Source: Eledone cirrhosa
Lineage: Eukaryota
Direction: 5' to 3'
DNA: 64,000 bases
Assembly: GCA_964016885.1 (NCBI GenBank)
Contig: CAXHJY010000184.1
Span: 558,001-622,000, forward strand
The notes under the pieces were generated by a model. That model did no database searches and had not been told where the DNA came from. It worked only from the letters and a program-made list of their open reading frames with translations. Below, one piece after another: positions 15,001 to 28,614 of this stretch. The translations under genes and the position numbers were made by a program. Every line of letters begins with the position of its first letter. Positions within the stretch are counted from its first letter, which is position 1.

Positions 15001-18000
15001 TTCCCAGTCACTACAGGACTATAGTCTTTCCCAATCACTACAGGACTATAGTCTTTCAAAGTCACTACAGGACTATAGTCTTTCCCAGTCACTACAGGAC
15101 TATAGTCTTTCCCAATCACTACAGGACTATAGTCTTTCCCAGTCAGTCACTACAGGACTATAGTCTTTCCCAGTCACTACAGGACTATAGTCTTTCCCAG
15201 TCACTACAGGACTATAGTCTTTCCCAGTCACTACAGGACTATAGTCTTTCCCAGTCACTACAGGACTATAGTCTTTCCCAGTCACTACAGGACTATAGTC
15301 TTTCCCAATCACTACAGGACTACATTCTTTCCCAGTCACTACAGGACTATAGTCTTTCCCAGTCACTACAGGACTATAGTCTTTCCCAGTCACTACAGGA
15401 CTATAGTCTTTCCCAGTCACTACAGGACTATAGTTTTTCCCAGTCACTACAGGACTATAGTCTTTCCCAATCACTACAGGACTATAGTCTTTCCCAATCA
15501 CTACAGGACTATAGTCTTTCCCAATCACTACAAGACTATAGTCTTTCCCAGTCACTACAGGACTATAGTCTTTCCCAATCACTACAGGACTATAGTCTTT
15601 CCCAGTCACTACAGGACTATAGTCTTTCCCAGTCACTACAGGACTATAGTCTTTCCCAGTCACTACAGGACTACATTCTTTCCCAGTCACTACAGGACTA
15701 TAGTCTTTCCCAATCACTACAGGACTATAGTCTTTCCCAGTCACTACAGGACTATAGTCTTTCCCAGTCACTACAGGACTATAGTCTTTCCCAGTCACTA
15801 CAGGACTATAGTCTTTCCCAGTCACTACAGGACTATAGTCTTTCCCAGTCACTACAGGACTATAGTCTTTCCCAGTCACTACAGGACTATAGTCTTTCCC
15901 AGTCACTACAGGACTATAGTCTTTCCCAGTCACTACAGGACTATAGTCTTTCCCAGTCACTACAGGACTATAGTCCTTCCCAGTCACTACAGGACTATAG
16001 TCTTTCCCAATCACTACAGGACTATAGTCTTTCCCAGTCATTACAGGACTATAGTCTTTCCCAGTCACTACAGGACTATAGTCTTTCCCAGTCACTACAG
16101 GACTATAGTCTTTCCCAATCACTACAAGACTATAGTCTTTCCCAGTCACTACAGGACTATAGTCTTTCCCAGTCACTACAAGACTATAGTCTTTCCCAAT
16201 CACTACAGGACTATAGTCTTTCCCAGTCATTACAGGACTATAGTCTTTCCCAGTCACTACAGGACTATAGTCTTTCCCAGTCACTACAGGACTATAGTCT
16301 TTCCCAATCACTACAAGACTATAGTCTTTCCCAGTCACTACAGGACTATAGTCTTTCCCAGTCACTACAAGACTATAGTCTTTCCCAATCACTACAGGAC
16401 TATAGTCATTCCCAGTCACTACAGGACTATAGTCTTTCCCAGTCAGTCACTACAGGACTATAGTCTTTCCCAGTCACTACAAGACTATAGTCTTTCCCAG
16501 TCACTACAGGACTATAGTCTTTCCCAGTCACTACAAGACTATAGTCCTTCCCAGTCACTACAGGACTATAGTCTTTCCCAATCACTACAGGACTATAGTC
16601 TTTCCCAGTCATTACAGGACTATAGTCTTTCCCAGTCACTACAGGACTATAGTCTTTCCCAGTCACTACAGGACTATAGTCTTTCCCAATCACTACAAGA
16701 CTATAGTCTTTCCCAGTCACTACAGGACTATAGTCTTTCCCAGTCACTACAAGACTATAGTCTTTCCCAATCACTACAGGACTATAGTCTTTCCCAGTCA
16801 CTACAGGACTATAGTCTCTCCCAGTCACTACAGGACTATAGTCTTTGCCAGTCACTACAGGACTATAGTCTTTCCCAATCACTACAGGACTATAGTCTTT
16901 TCCAATCACTACAGGACTATAGTCTTTCCCAATCACTACAGGACTATAGTCTTTCCCAATCACTACAGGACTATAGTCTTTTCCAATCACTACAGGACTA
17001 TAGTCTTTCCCAATCACTACAGGACTACATTCTTTCCCAGTCACTACAGGACTATAGTCTTTCCCAATCACTACAGGACTATAGTCTTTCCCAGTCACTA
17101 CAGGACTATAGTCTTTCCCAGTCACTACAGGACTATAGTCTTTCCCAGTCACTACAGGACTATAGTCTTTCCCAGTCACTACAGGACTATAGTCTTTCCC
17201 AGTCACTACAGGACTATAGTTTTTCCCAGTCACTACAGGACTATAGTCTTTCCCAATCACTACAGGACTATAGTCTTTCCCAATCACTACAGGACTATAG
17301 TCTTTCCCAATCACTACAAGACTATAGTCCTTCCCAGTCACTACAGGACTATAGTCTTTCCCAATCACTACAGGACTATAGTCTTTCCCAGTCATTACAG
17401 GACTATAGTCTTTCCCAGTCACTACAGGACTATAGTCTTTCCCAGTCACTACAAGACTATAGTCTTTCCCAATCACTACAGGACTATAGTCTTTCCCAGT
17501 CACTACAGGACTATAGTCTTTCCCAGTCAGTCACTACAGGACTATAGTCTTTCCCAGTCACTACAAGACTATAGTCTTTCCCAGTCACTACAGGACTATA
17601 GTCTTTCCCAGTCACTACAAGACTATAGTCCTTCCCAGTCACTACAGGACTATAGTCTTTCCCAATCACTACAGGACTATAGTCTTTCCCAGTCATTACA
17701 GGACTATAGTCTTTCCCAGTCACTACAGGACTATAGTCTTTCCCAGTCACTACAGGACTATAGTCTTTCCCAATCACTACAAGACTATAGTCTTTCCCAG
17801 TCACTACAGGACTATAGTCTTTCCCAGTCACTACAAGACTATAGTCTTTCCCAATCACTACAGGACTATAGTCTTTCCCAGTCACTACAGGACTATAGTC
17901 TCTCCCAGTCACTACAGGACTATAGTCTTTGCCAGTCACTACAGGACTATAGTCTTTCCCAATCACTACAGGACTATAGTCTTTTCCAATCACTACAGGA

Positions 18001-21000
18001 CTATAGTCTTTCCCAATCACTACAGGACTATAGTCTTTCCCAATCACTACAGGACTATAGTCTTTTCCAATCACTACAGGACTATAGTCTTTCCCAATCA
18101 CTACAGGACTATAGTCTTTCCCAGTCACTACAGGACTATAGTCTTTCCCAGTCACTACAGGACTATAGTCTTTCCCAGTCACTACAGGACTACATTCTTT
18201 CCCAGTCACTACAGGACTATAGTTTTTCCCAATCACTACAGGACTATAGTCTTTCCCAGTCACTACAGGACTATAGTCTTTCCCAGTCACTACAGGACTA
18301 TAGTCTTTCCCAGTCACTACAGGACTATAGTCTTTCCCAGTCACTACAGGACTATAGTCTTTCCCAGTCACTACAGGACTATAGTCTTTCCCAGTCACTA
18401 CAGGACTATAGTCTTTCCCAGTCACTACAGGACTATAGTCTTTCCCAGTCACTACAGGACTATAGTCTTTCCCAGTCACTACAGGACTATAGTCCTTCCC
18501 AGTCACTACAGGACTATAGTCTTTCCCAATCACTACAGGACTATAGTCTTTCCCAGTCATTACAGGACTATAGTCTTTCCCAGTCACTACAGGACTATAG
18601 TCTTTCCCAGTCACTACAGGACTATAGTCTTTCCCAATCACTACAAGACTATAGTCTTTCCCAGTCACTACAGGACTATAGTCTTTCCCAGTCACTACAA
18701 GACTATAGTCTTTCCCAATCACTACAGGACTATAGTCTTTCCCAGTCATTACAGGACTATAGTCTTTCCCAGTCACTGCAGGACTATAGTCTTTCCCAGT
18801 CACTACAGGACTATAGTCTTTCCCAATCACTACAAGACTATAGTCTTTCCCAGTCACTACAGGACTATAGTCTTTCCCAGTCACTACAAGACTATAGTCT
18901 TTCCCAATCACTACAGGACTATAGTCTTTCCCAGTCACTACAGGACTATAGTCTTTCCCAGTCAGTCACTACAGGACTATAGTCTTTCCCAGTCACTACA
19001 AGACTATAGTCTTTCCCAGTCACTACAGGACTATAGTCTTTCCCAGTCACTACAAGACTATAGTCCTTCCCAGTCACTACAGGACTATAGTCTTTCCCAA
19101 TCACTACAGGACTATAGTCTTTCCCAGTCATTACAGGACTATAGTCTTTCCCAGTCACTACAGGACTATAGTCTTTCCCAGTCACTACAGGACTATAGTC
19201 TTTCCCAATCACTACAAGACTATAGTCTTTCCCAGTCACTACAGGACTATAGTCTTTCCCAGTCACTACAAGACTATAGTCTTTCCCAATCACTACAGGA
19301 CTATAGTCTTTCCCAGTCACTACAGGACTATAGTCTCTCCCAGTCACTACAGGACTATAGTCTTTGCCAGTCACTACAGGACTATAGTCTTTCCCAATCA
19401 CTACAGGACTATAGTCTTTTCCAATCACTACAGGACTATAGTCTTTCCCAATCACTACAGGACTATAGTCTTTCCCAATCACTACAGGACTATAGTCTTT
19501 TCCAATCACTACAGGACTATAGTCTTTCCCAATCACTACAGGACTACATTCTTTCCCAGTCACTACAGGACTATAGTCTTTCCCAATCACTACAGGACTA
19601 TAGTCTTTCCCAGTCACTATAGGACTATAGTCTTTCCCAGTCACTACAGGACTATAGTCTTTCCCAGTCACTACAGGACTATAGTCTTTCCCAGTCACTA
19701 CAGGACTATAGTCTTTCCCAGTCACTACAGGACTATAGTCTTTCCCAGTCACTACAGGACTATAGTTTTTCCCAGTCACTACAGGACTATAGTCTTTCCC
19801 AATCACTACAGGACTATAGTCTTTCCCAATCACTACAGGACTATAGTCTTTCCCAATCACTACAAGACTATAGTCTTTCCCAGTCACTACAGGACTATAG
19901 TCTTTCCCAATCACTACAGGACTATAGTCTTTCCCAGTCACTACAGGACTATAGTCTTTCCCAGTCACTACAGGACTATAGTCTTTCCCAGTCACTACAG
20001 GACTACATTCTTTCCCAGTCACTACAGGACTATAGTCTTTCCCAATCACTACAGGACTATAGTCTTTCCCAGTCACTACAGGACTATAGTCTTTCCCAGT
20101 CACTACAGGACTATAGTCTTTCCCAGTCACTACAGGACTATAGTCTTTCCCAGTCACTACAGGACTATAGTCTTTCCCAGTCACTACAGGACTATAGTCT
20201 TTCCCAGTCACTACAGGACTATAGTCTTTCCCAGTCACTACAGGACTATAGTCTTTCCCAGTCACTACAGGACTATAGTCTTTCCCAGTCACTACAGGAC
20301 TATAGTCCTTCCCAGTCACTACAGGACTATAGTCTTTCCCAATCACTACAGGACTATAGTCTTTCCCAGTCATTACAGGACTATAGTCTTTCCCAGTCAC
20401 TACAGGACTATAGTCTTTCCCAGTCACTACAGGACTATAGTCTTTCCCAATCACTACAAGACTATAGTCTTTCCCAGTCACTACAGGACTATAGTCTTTC
20501 CCAGTCACTACAAGACTATAGTCTTTCCCAATCACTACAGGACTATAGTCTTTCCCAGTCACTACAGGACTATAGTCTCTCCCAGTCACTACAGGACTAT
20601 AGTCTTTGCCAGTCACTACAGGACTATAGTCTTTCCCAATCACTACAGGACTATAGTCTTTTCCAATCACTACAGGACTATAGTCTTTCCCAATCACTAC
20701 AGGACTATAGTCTTTCCCAGTCACTACAGGACTATAGTCTTTCCCAGTCACTACAGGACCATAGTCTTTCCCAATCACTACAGGACTATAGTCTTTCCCA
20801 GTCACTACAGGACTATAGTCTTTCCCAGTCACTACAGGACTATAGTCTTTCCCAGTCACTACAGGACTATAGTCTTTCCCAGTCACTACAGGACCATAGT
20901 CTTTCCCAATCACTACAGGACTATAGTCTTTCCCAGTCACTACAGGACTATAGTCTTTCCCAGTCACCACAGGACTATAGTCTTACCCAGTCACCACAGG

Positions 21001-21243
21001 ACCATAGTCTTTCCCAGTCACTACAGTACTATAGTCTTTCCCAATCACTACAGGACTATAGTCTTTCCCAGTCACTACAGGACTATAGTCTTTCCCAATC
21101 ACTACAGGACCATAGTCTTTCCCAGTCACTACAGTACTATAGTCTTTCCCAATCACTACAGGACTATAGTCTTTCCCAGTCACTGCAGGACTATAGTCTT
21201 TCCCAATCACTACAGGACTATAGTCTTTCCCAGTCACTACAGG
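1..21243. repeat. 27-bp minisatellite (GACTATAGTCTTTCCCAGTCACTACAG), ~785 units, with higher-order repeat; runs off the left edge; lies in an XPR1 intron
   Basis: Unit read directly. Recurrent variants (CCCAAT, ACAAGAC, CTACATTC, +AGTC insertions) recur with a 7290-bp period, e.g. ORF-track breakpoints 5072/12362, 6067/13357, 7617/14907, 9137/16427. Array ends abruptly at ...CACTACAGGTCCTC. Confidence 0.99.
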
Positions 21244-21489
21244 TCCTCTACTTCCATTGCCATACAATATCATATCATTCATACATATAACATATACCAG
21301 TCATAGAAAGTAATTAACCTTTCATGAACGTTTCTGTCTCACAATTATCTTATGAAAAGTCCAGCACACTTTAGTATTAAACCGTTAATTACTTAAATTT
21401 ATAATTATATGTGATTCAATTAATTATGAAATAATCAAGAATTTGGAAGGATTTAGTCAAATAATTAGCATCTTCATTATTAAGCTGGT

Positions 21490-21840
21490 ATAAGGTGGTG
21501 GATTGGCAGTATTATTAGAGGATCAAACATGCTTTGCAGCATAGAGTTACATCCCTTTAGGCTCTGAGTTAAATTTAATCAGCTTTGCCAACCCCCAAAA
21601 TTGTTGGCTTTGTGCCATTATGAGTGGTGGATTGACAGAATCTGTAGAGTGTTGGACAACGTTTTGTGGCTTAGAGTTATGTCCCTTTACATTCTGATTT
21701 CAAATTCCACTGAGGTTAGTTTTGCCTGTCATCCTTACAGGGTTGATAAAATAAAGTACCAGTAACATACTAGTGTCAATTATCAGCTTTCCCTTCTCCA
21801 AAAGTTGTTGGCGTTGTGCCTAAATCAGAAACCATTACTA
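21490..21840 (+). mobile_element. Decayed tRNA-derived SINE copies
   Basis: GGTGGATTGGCAG ... TGAGTT(C)AAAT ... GGGTTGATAAAATAAAGTACCAGT ... TTGTGCCTAAATCAGAAAC, the same modules as at 31157-31530. Confidence 0.6.
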
Positions 21841-22599
21841 AGCTGGTATTTGGAACATAAGTAAATAAATGGTTACATAAATTACAACAGAATGTTTTAA
21901 ACTGCTTTAAACTGGAGGGGTTTTTTAAATACAGAATAAAAACAGAGGCAGTTTTGAGTAGCTTCAAAAGAATTAACCTAATGAAAAATAGTGTAAAAAA
22001 TATAAAAATATATGAGATAAAAATGTGATATGAGAATGAATTTTTGTGCCATGACAAAAAGCACCCAGTCCACACTGTACATGTGCTTGGCGTTAGGAAG
22101 GGCATCCAACCATAGAAACCTTGCCAGAAATCGTTCAATATGAGCAAGACACAGTCAGCCTTGTATGAATAAGACACAGCCATCTGATCAGGCTTGTCTC
22201 ACAACAGGACAAGTCATTTAACCCATAGTAGCATTGAAAAATGGACATGTGATGATGATGATGATGATGATGATGATTGTGTAGGACAAAATGCTTTATG
22301 GTATTTATTTCAGCTGCTTGTGCTCAGAGTAAAAATTCTGCCATGGTTAATAAACTATCAATCAAATAAGTCAGGCGAGCTCAAATCTCATTGTGGCCTA
22401 TTTAATCCTTCGCCTATTTTAACACTAACAGCACCTCACTCATGGCTGTCCTTAACAGATTCCACTCTGCTAGGTTTCTGACTTCAGAGACCTTGAAAAT
22501 CCTCAGGAGAGCAGCCCTTCCCTTCCTGATTAAAGGATGAACAAGAAAAACTCAAAAAATGTAAACAACAATGAAGAAGATATAACGAAAATGTCTTAC

Positions 22600-22880
22600 T
22601 TTGTCATGTTTTTTAAAAATTTTTCTAAATCCAGTAAAATTTAAAGTTTGATAATTTTGTAAGAGAATCAAACTGAGATAAAATTCACTGAAGGCAAGTT
22701 TCAGATCATGCATCTTCCGAGTGTTAATAACTTTGGTGTTCTTCTCCTTAAATAACACATGTACACTGCCTCGTCTTCTCCGTAGAGATGTGTGGTGCAG
22801 TGCTTTCTCTTCAAGTTGTGAATATTCTTGCAGCTCTGCATTTAAGGTGGCAAATTTCCAAGTGGCTTCAGCAAATTTTT
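22600..22880 (-). CDS. XPR1: XPR1/SYG1-like phosphate exporter, coding exon 4 (SPX domain, C-terminal part)
   Basis: Encodes EKFAEATWKFATLNAEL...DLKLAFSEFYLSLILLQNYQTLNFTGFRKIFKKHDK, the SPX lysine cluster. CAG acceptor at 22883-22881, GTAAG donor at 22599-22595. 281 nt, phase consistent with exon 3. Confidence 0.96.
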
Positions 22881-22939
22881 CTGTGAAGAAAAGTGGATAG
22901 TGTAGTGTTGATAGCTTTGTTGAAAATATAGACATTTAC

Positions 22940-23510
22940 ATAAACATGTGGCAACGTAGAAAGTTCTGTAGACCACATATGGTAACCTAGACAATTCTGT
23001 AGACCTCATATGGTAACAGACAATTCTGTGAGCCACATGTGGTAGCACAAGCAGTTCTGTAGATGAGATGTGGTAACCTAGGCAATTTTGTAGACCACAT
23101 GTGGAAACAGGTAATTCTGTAGACCACATGTGAGTAATATAGATAGTTATTTTGAACACATGTGGGTAAAATAGATAGATGCAGGTAATGTAAATAGTTT
23201 ATGTAGTCTACATGTTTGTAACACAGAGTTCTATATAATACATGTGAGTAGTATATAATACATGTGAAAGTTCTGTAGATGACGTGGGTATTGCAAACAT
23301 TTATGTGGGCAAAGAAGGCAACATATAGGTAATATAGTTTTTTAGGCCCCATGTGGGTAATATAGACAGTTGTGTAGGCCACATGTGCATAGTACACAGT
23401 TGTGTAGGCCACATGTGCATAGTACACAGTTGTGTAGGCTAACTGTGGGTATGGCAGACAGCTCTGTAAGCCACATGCGGCTAATATAATTAGTTCTATA
23501 CACCACATGT
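22940..23510. repeat. Degenerate ~30-40-bp intronic tandem repeat (CACATGTGG...TTCTGTAG)
   Basis: Repeated CCACATGTGGTA..CAGTTCTGTAG motif. Accounts for the AHVAYTTVYY pseudo-ORFs. Confidence 0.75.
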
Positions 23511-23721
23511 TAGTAACGCAGAAGGGAATACAATTTTCTTACATAAAATAATGATGGAAAGTTTTAATTTAAATATAAACACTTTAAAAATCAAATAACT
23601 TTACATCATAGAACTAGGGCCATCTTTTTGTGGTTTGTTATCAAAAGAGCTAAGATATTGAAATTAATGATATTAGGTAGAAGATAGAGTGAACAGGTGA
23701 AATAAACAGACTTCTACTCAC

Positions 23722-23823
23722 CTGAGAAAAATGTATTGATCTTTGTCAGTTCTTTTTCACAGAATTGGAAAAAGCTTTCATCAAATCGTGTAAAATATCT
23801 TTTGATAATAGCACTGTCAGTAA
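23722..23823 (-). CDS. XPR1: XPR1 coding exon 3
   Basis: (V)[33 protein letters not shown] resembles XPR1 [34 protein letters not shown] (recalled). CAG acceptor, GTGAG donor, 102 nt. Confidence 0.95.
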
Positions 23824-23899
23824 CTGTGGTGAGATATCAAATATATATGTTAGAGACTTCCATATATAAGATGAAGTATCATATATATACCTACATATT

Positions 23900-24500
23900 T
23901 AAGACAACTGGTATACTGTTATATATAACACAGTACATCATACATTACTATATATAACACAGTATATAATACACTGCTATATATATAAGACAGTATGTTA
24001 TACACTGTTATATATAATATAGTATCATATATACACTGCTATATATAATATAGTACCATATATACACTGCTATATATAATATAGTACCATATATACACTG
24101 CTATACATAACACAGTATATTATACACTCCTGTATATAATACAGTATGTTATATACAGGTATATATAACACACGTTATACACACAGCTATATATAAGACA
24201 TGCTATACATACCTATATATAAGACTTCTATATGATACCCTATATACATCTATATATATATATAAGACTTCTATATAAAACCCTATATATAAGACATGCT
24301 ATACTCTTCTATAACTTTGATAGGTTTCGGCCAGTATTGGCCCAAGCCATGTCTAACTTAATAGCTCCACCTGGCTACTTAATAGCACCACCTGGCATAT
24401 ATATATATATATAAGACTTCTGTATAACGCCCTATATATTTCTATATATATAAGACTTCTATATAACACCCTATATATTACATTAGACTTCTATAAATAA
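23900..24500. repeat. AT-rich ~29-bp degenerate tandem repeat and (TA)n
   Basis: ACACTGCTATATATAATATAGTACCATAT-like units, then ATAAGACTTCTATAT units. Confidence 0.7.
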
Positions 24501-25605
24501 ATAAATGCAGACCACTTTTTGCAGAGCATTTTGCAGATACTTTCTATGAATCTTTCAAATACATTTTAATAAAATAAAATTGAAGATTTGAAGGTCAGAA
24601 TTTTGATTCTCGTCTATCTTACCACAGTAAGATTTGAACATAGAACCAAAACAATAAAAATCAAATTATGTAAATAACATAGTCTGGTCTTTTACCTTCT
24701 CTATTAATTCACTAGCCATCCCTTTCCTCTACTTTCCCATAGACCCAGATAGGCTCTTTACCCCTTCCCCTTTTTTCTCTTTACTTAATTTTGCTTTTAC
24801 CTTTCTTTTTCATATTTATGTAATCATTAATGGTTTTTAAGCCAACTTTTTTTGTGAAGTTATATTGTAAACTATGTAGCTAAAATCTAGGTTAATGGGA
24901 CAGAGATCATTTGAAATTTAGGAGGATCAATTTTCAAGGTAACCTTTGAAAGTAAACAAATTAGGATTGGTAGCAGCTCTGGTTGTGGTAATGAAGTGGA
25001 ATAAAAAGAGAAGCTTTATAGGAAAATAGTTATAGAAAGAAGGATCACATCAATCTGTAAAGGGTTTTGCCTTTCTGCTACACAACTAGACACAAAGCTG
25101 ATTTATATGAAGATATGGTATTGTCATTTGTATCCAGTGATAGAGAGTTGGGAAGACCCTTTAATTGTGTCAAAGACATGACAAACTCTCCTATGCACTC
25201 GAATGTGAAACCATACATTAGTGAGATGCAGACTCCCGGCCTGCCTGAGAGTTCAGTAGCCCTGCTTCACTATTGACTTGCTCTATGTAGACTTATCCAA
25301 CCCTTGCTAGCAGGAAAGTGGACATTAAAACGATGATGATGATGATGGCTACTGTATGTAGTGAAGTTGTGGTGTTTGTTATATGTAGTGGACTTGTGGG
25401 ACATGAACATACAGTGGACATGTGAGCTGTGTTGTATAGAGTAAAGTTCTAGGACAATTTCGACATAGAGAATTCATAAAAAATTGTATAAAAAGGAATT
25501 GAGAAACATTTCTGTATTATATTGTATTATAGGTGTGGGACATTTTAGAAATGTGAGAAAGAACAATTGCAGAAGCTACTTGAAAGAAGACCAACAATGG
25601 CTTAC

Positions 25606-25657
25606 CTTCAGATGAGGGAGCTTGTTCTTGTGCCTCATACAACATATTTTTCATTAC
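25606..25657 (-). CDS. XPR1: XPR1 coding exon 2
   Basis: VMKNMLYEAQEQAPSSE resembles AFKDMLYSAQDQAPSVE. CAG acceptor, GTAAG donor, 52 nt, phase 0 to 1. Confidence 0.93.
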
Positions 25658-25861
25658 CTGTCAGATGATATAGAATAAATCATTAATATTTCTATTTGAT
25701 AACAACAGAATATGATTGTGAATACAACCGGCCAAAATGGGGTTCCTCTGAAGGGTTCCAGCTGGATGTGTGCGTCTTGTCAAATTGATTAGGTTTGTGG
25801 TTTAAACATTTAAAATATGCACAAAAAAATGCTTCTACAGATGTAAAAGTATTTTTAAAGG

Positions 25862-26283
25862 TACTCTTGGGTCTCAAATAATAGCACCACCCACCCACCC
25901 CTCCTGCTTTTTCTCCTTTTTTCCACCACCACCTCGCTCTTATTCCAACACCCCAGCGCCACTTATTAAATTTTGTTAAGCTATCTCCAGCGAAATTTTA
26001 TTTTAAGTAGTAGCATTCCTGCAACAATTGATTTTCTTTATACATTTAAAAACATTATAAATGACAAAAATGTACATTACTAGAAATCTCATACGTTATA
26101 AAATAAATAGGATGTGTTGAGGTCTCAATATGTAAACTAAATGACTAATTCTGGTTTTTAAAAAATCAACAGAGACAACCTAGAAAAAATTACCGAGTTT
26201 ACACCCCACCCCGCCCCCACATATTCGACCCCCCACCCCCCACTTTTTCCAACCCCAACCCTATTACTTAGGACCCAAGAGTA
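25862..26283. mobile_element. MITE (Tc1/mariner-pogo-like, TA-flanked) in the intron between coding exons 1 and 2
   Basis: TACTCTTGGGTCTCAAATAATAG at the left end; CTATTACTTAGGACCCAAGAGTA at the right end (20/23 inverted match, TA at both ends). Confidence 0.75.
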
Positions 26284-26405
26284 GATATTTAGCTTTATAA
26301 ACAAAATAATGTGCAGTGGTGGTGGTGGTGGTGATGATGATAACGATAGAGATGATGATGATAGAGATGATGATGATGAAGTTCAGGATGATGTGAGAAC
26401 CATAC

Positions 26406-26474
26406 CTCATACTGAATATATTGCTTCCGCCACTCTGGAGTTATATGAGCGGCAAGATGCTCAACAAACTTCAT
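26406..26474 (-). CDS. XPR1: XPR1 first coding exon
   Basis: ATG at 26474 gives [23 protein letters not shown], the canonical SPX N-terminus. GTATG donor. The four exons splice in frame to 504 nt (168 aa). A pyrimidine-preceded CTGCAG acceptor (AG at 26507-26506) suggests a further 5' UTR exon. Confidence 0.96.
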
Positions 26475-26588
26475 GCTGGATTAACTATCTGACAGCCGGA
26501 AATTTCTGCAGGTAATTTACAAAACAAATCAAATTATGATACAATATAGTGAAAACCTGTTCAAAGAACAACTGTTTATAATAGTTTT

Positions 26589-28440
26589 AGATAGAGAGAC
26601 CCTACATTCCTTATTCACACTATAGTAGTTATAGAGAGACCCTACATTCCTTATTCACACTATAGTAGTTATAGAGAGACCCTACATTCCTTATTCACAC
26701 TATAGTAGTTATAGAGAGACCCTACATTCCTTATTCACACTATAGTAGTTATAGAGAGACCCTACATTCCTTATTCACACTATAGTAGTAATAGAGAGAC
26801 CCTACATTCCTTATTCACACTATAGTAGTTATAGACAGACCCTACATTCCTTATTCACACTATAGTAGTTATAGACAGACCCTACATTCCTTATTCACAC
26901 TATAGTAGTTATAGAGAGACCCTACATTCCTTATTCACACTATAGTAGTTATAGAGAGACCCTACATTCCTTATTCACACTATAGTAGTTATAGACAGAC
27001 CCTACATTCCTTATTCACACTATAGTAGTTATAGACAGACCCTACATTCCTTATTCACACTATAGTAGTTATAGACAGACCCTACATTCCTTATTCACAC
27101 TATAGTAGTTATAGACAGACCCTACATTCCTTATTCACACTATAGTAGTTATAGAGAGACCCTACATTCCTTATTCACACTATAGTAGTTATAGACAGAC
27201 CCTACATTCCTTATTCACACTATAGTAGTTATAGAGAGACCCTACATTCCTTATTCACACTATAGTAGTTATAGAGAGACCCTACATTCCTTATTCACAC
27301 TATAGTAGTTATAGACAGACCCTACATTCCTTATTCACACTATAGTAGTTATAGACAGACCCTACATTCCTTATTCACACTATAGTAGTTATAGAGAGAC
27401 CCTACATTCCTTATTCACACTATAGTAGTTATAGAGAGACCCTACATTCCTTATTCACACTATAGTAGTTATAGACAGACCCTACATTCCTTATTCACAC
27501 TATAGTAGTTATAGACAGACCCTACATATAGTAGTTATAGACAGACCCTACATATAGTAGTTATAGAGAGACCCTACATTCCTTATTCACACTATAATAG
27601 TTATAGAGAGACCCTACATATAGTAGTTATAGAGAGACCCTACATATAATAGTTATAGAGAGACCCTACATATAATAGTTATAGAGAGACCCTACATTCC
27701 TTATTCACGCTATAATAGTTATAGAGAGACCCTACATATAGTAGTTATAGAGAGACTCTACATATAATAGTTATAGAGAGACCCTACATATAATAGTTAT
27801 AGAGAGACCCTACATTCCTTATTCACGCTATAATAGTTATAGAGAGACCCTACATATAGTAGTTATAAAGAGGCTCTACATATAATAGTTATAGAGAGAC
27901 CCTACATATAGTAGTTATAGAGAGACCCTACATATAGTAGTTATAGAGAGACCCTACATATAGTACCCTACATATAGTAGTTATAGAGAGACCCTACATT
28001 CCGTGTTCACGCTATAATAGTTATAGAGAGACCCTACATTCCTTATTCACGCTATAGTAGTTATAGAGAGACCCTACATATAGTAGTTATAGAGAGACCC
28101 TACATTCCGTGTTCACGCTATAATAGTTATAGAGAGACCCTACATATAGTAGTTATAGAGAGACCCTACATTCCTTATTCACGCTATAGTAGTTATAGAG
28201 AGACCCTACATATAGTAGTTATAGAGAGACCCTACATTCCTTATTCACGCTATAATAGTTATAGAGAGACCCTACATTCCTTATTCACGCTATAGTAGTT
28301 ATAGAGAGACCCTACATATAGTAGTTATAGAGAGACCCTACATATAGTAGTTATAGAGAGACCCTACATTCCTTATTCACGCTATAATAGTTATAGAGAG
28401 ACCCTACATTCCGTGTTCACGCTATAATAGTTATAGACAG
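26589..28440. repeat. 40-bp minisatellite grading into mixed 40/25-bp units
   Basis: ATAGAGAGACCCTACATTCCTTATTCACACTATAGTAGTT x~23 to ~27525, then deletion variants lacking TTCCTTATTCACACT. Confidence 0.97.
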
Positions 28441-28614
28441 AGAAACCCTGCCTTCTGTCAACCGTACTGCTTCACTGCCTTTTAGTTATTCCTGTGGAAG
28501 CAAATATGCAAGATGAAGAGGTCCATAGGCAGCTACAGAAAGATATTAAAAATCTCAGCTTTATTTGAACCTGTCTAACCTATGCCCTCAGTGCAGGTTA
28601 TTTAGTATTAATAT

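Noticed and set aside
408-21282. Long TGKDYSPVV / SQSLQDYSL ORFs
   Set aside because: A stop-free 27-bp unit gives ORFs automatically. Frames break at 4-bp insertions, most starts are GTG, and no splice context is evident.
21243-21285. ILYGNGSRG as XPR1 exon 5
   Set aside because: Only superficial similarity, no acceptor, and it runs into the minisatellite.
24320-24400. Partial hammerhead on the minus strand (GGCCAATACTGGCC-GAAAC)
   Set aside because: CUGANGA box and stem I are absent; at most a relic.
1-28440. CRISPR-like arrays (27- and 40-bp repeats)
   Set aside because: No unique spacers, no cas genes, spliceosomal introns nearby.
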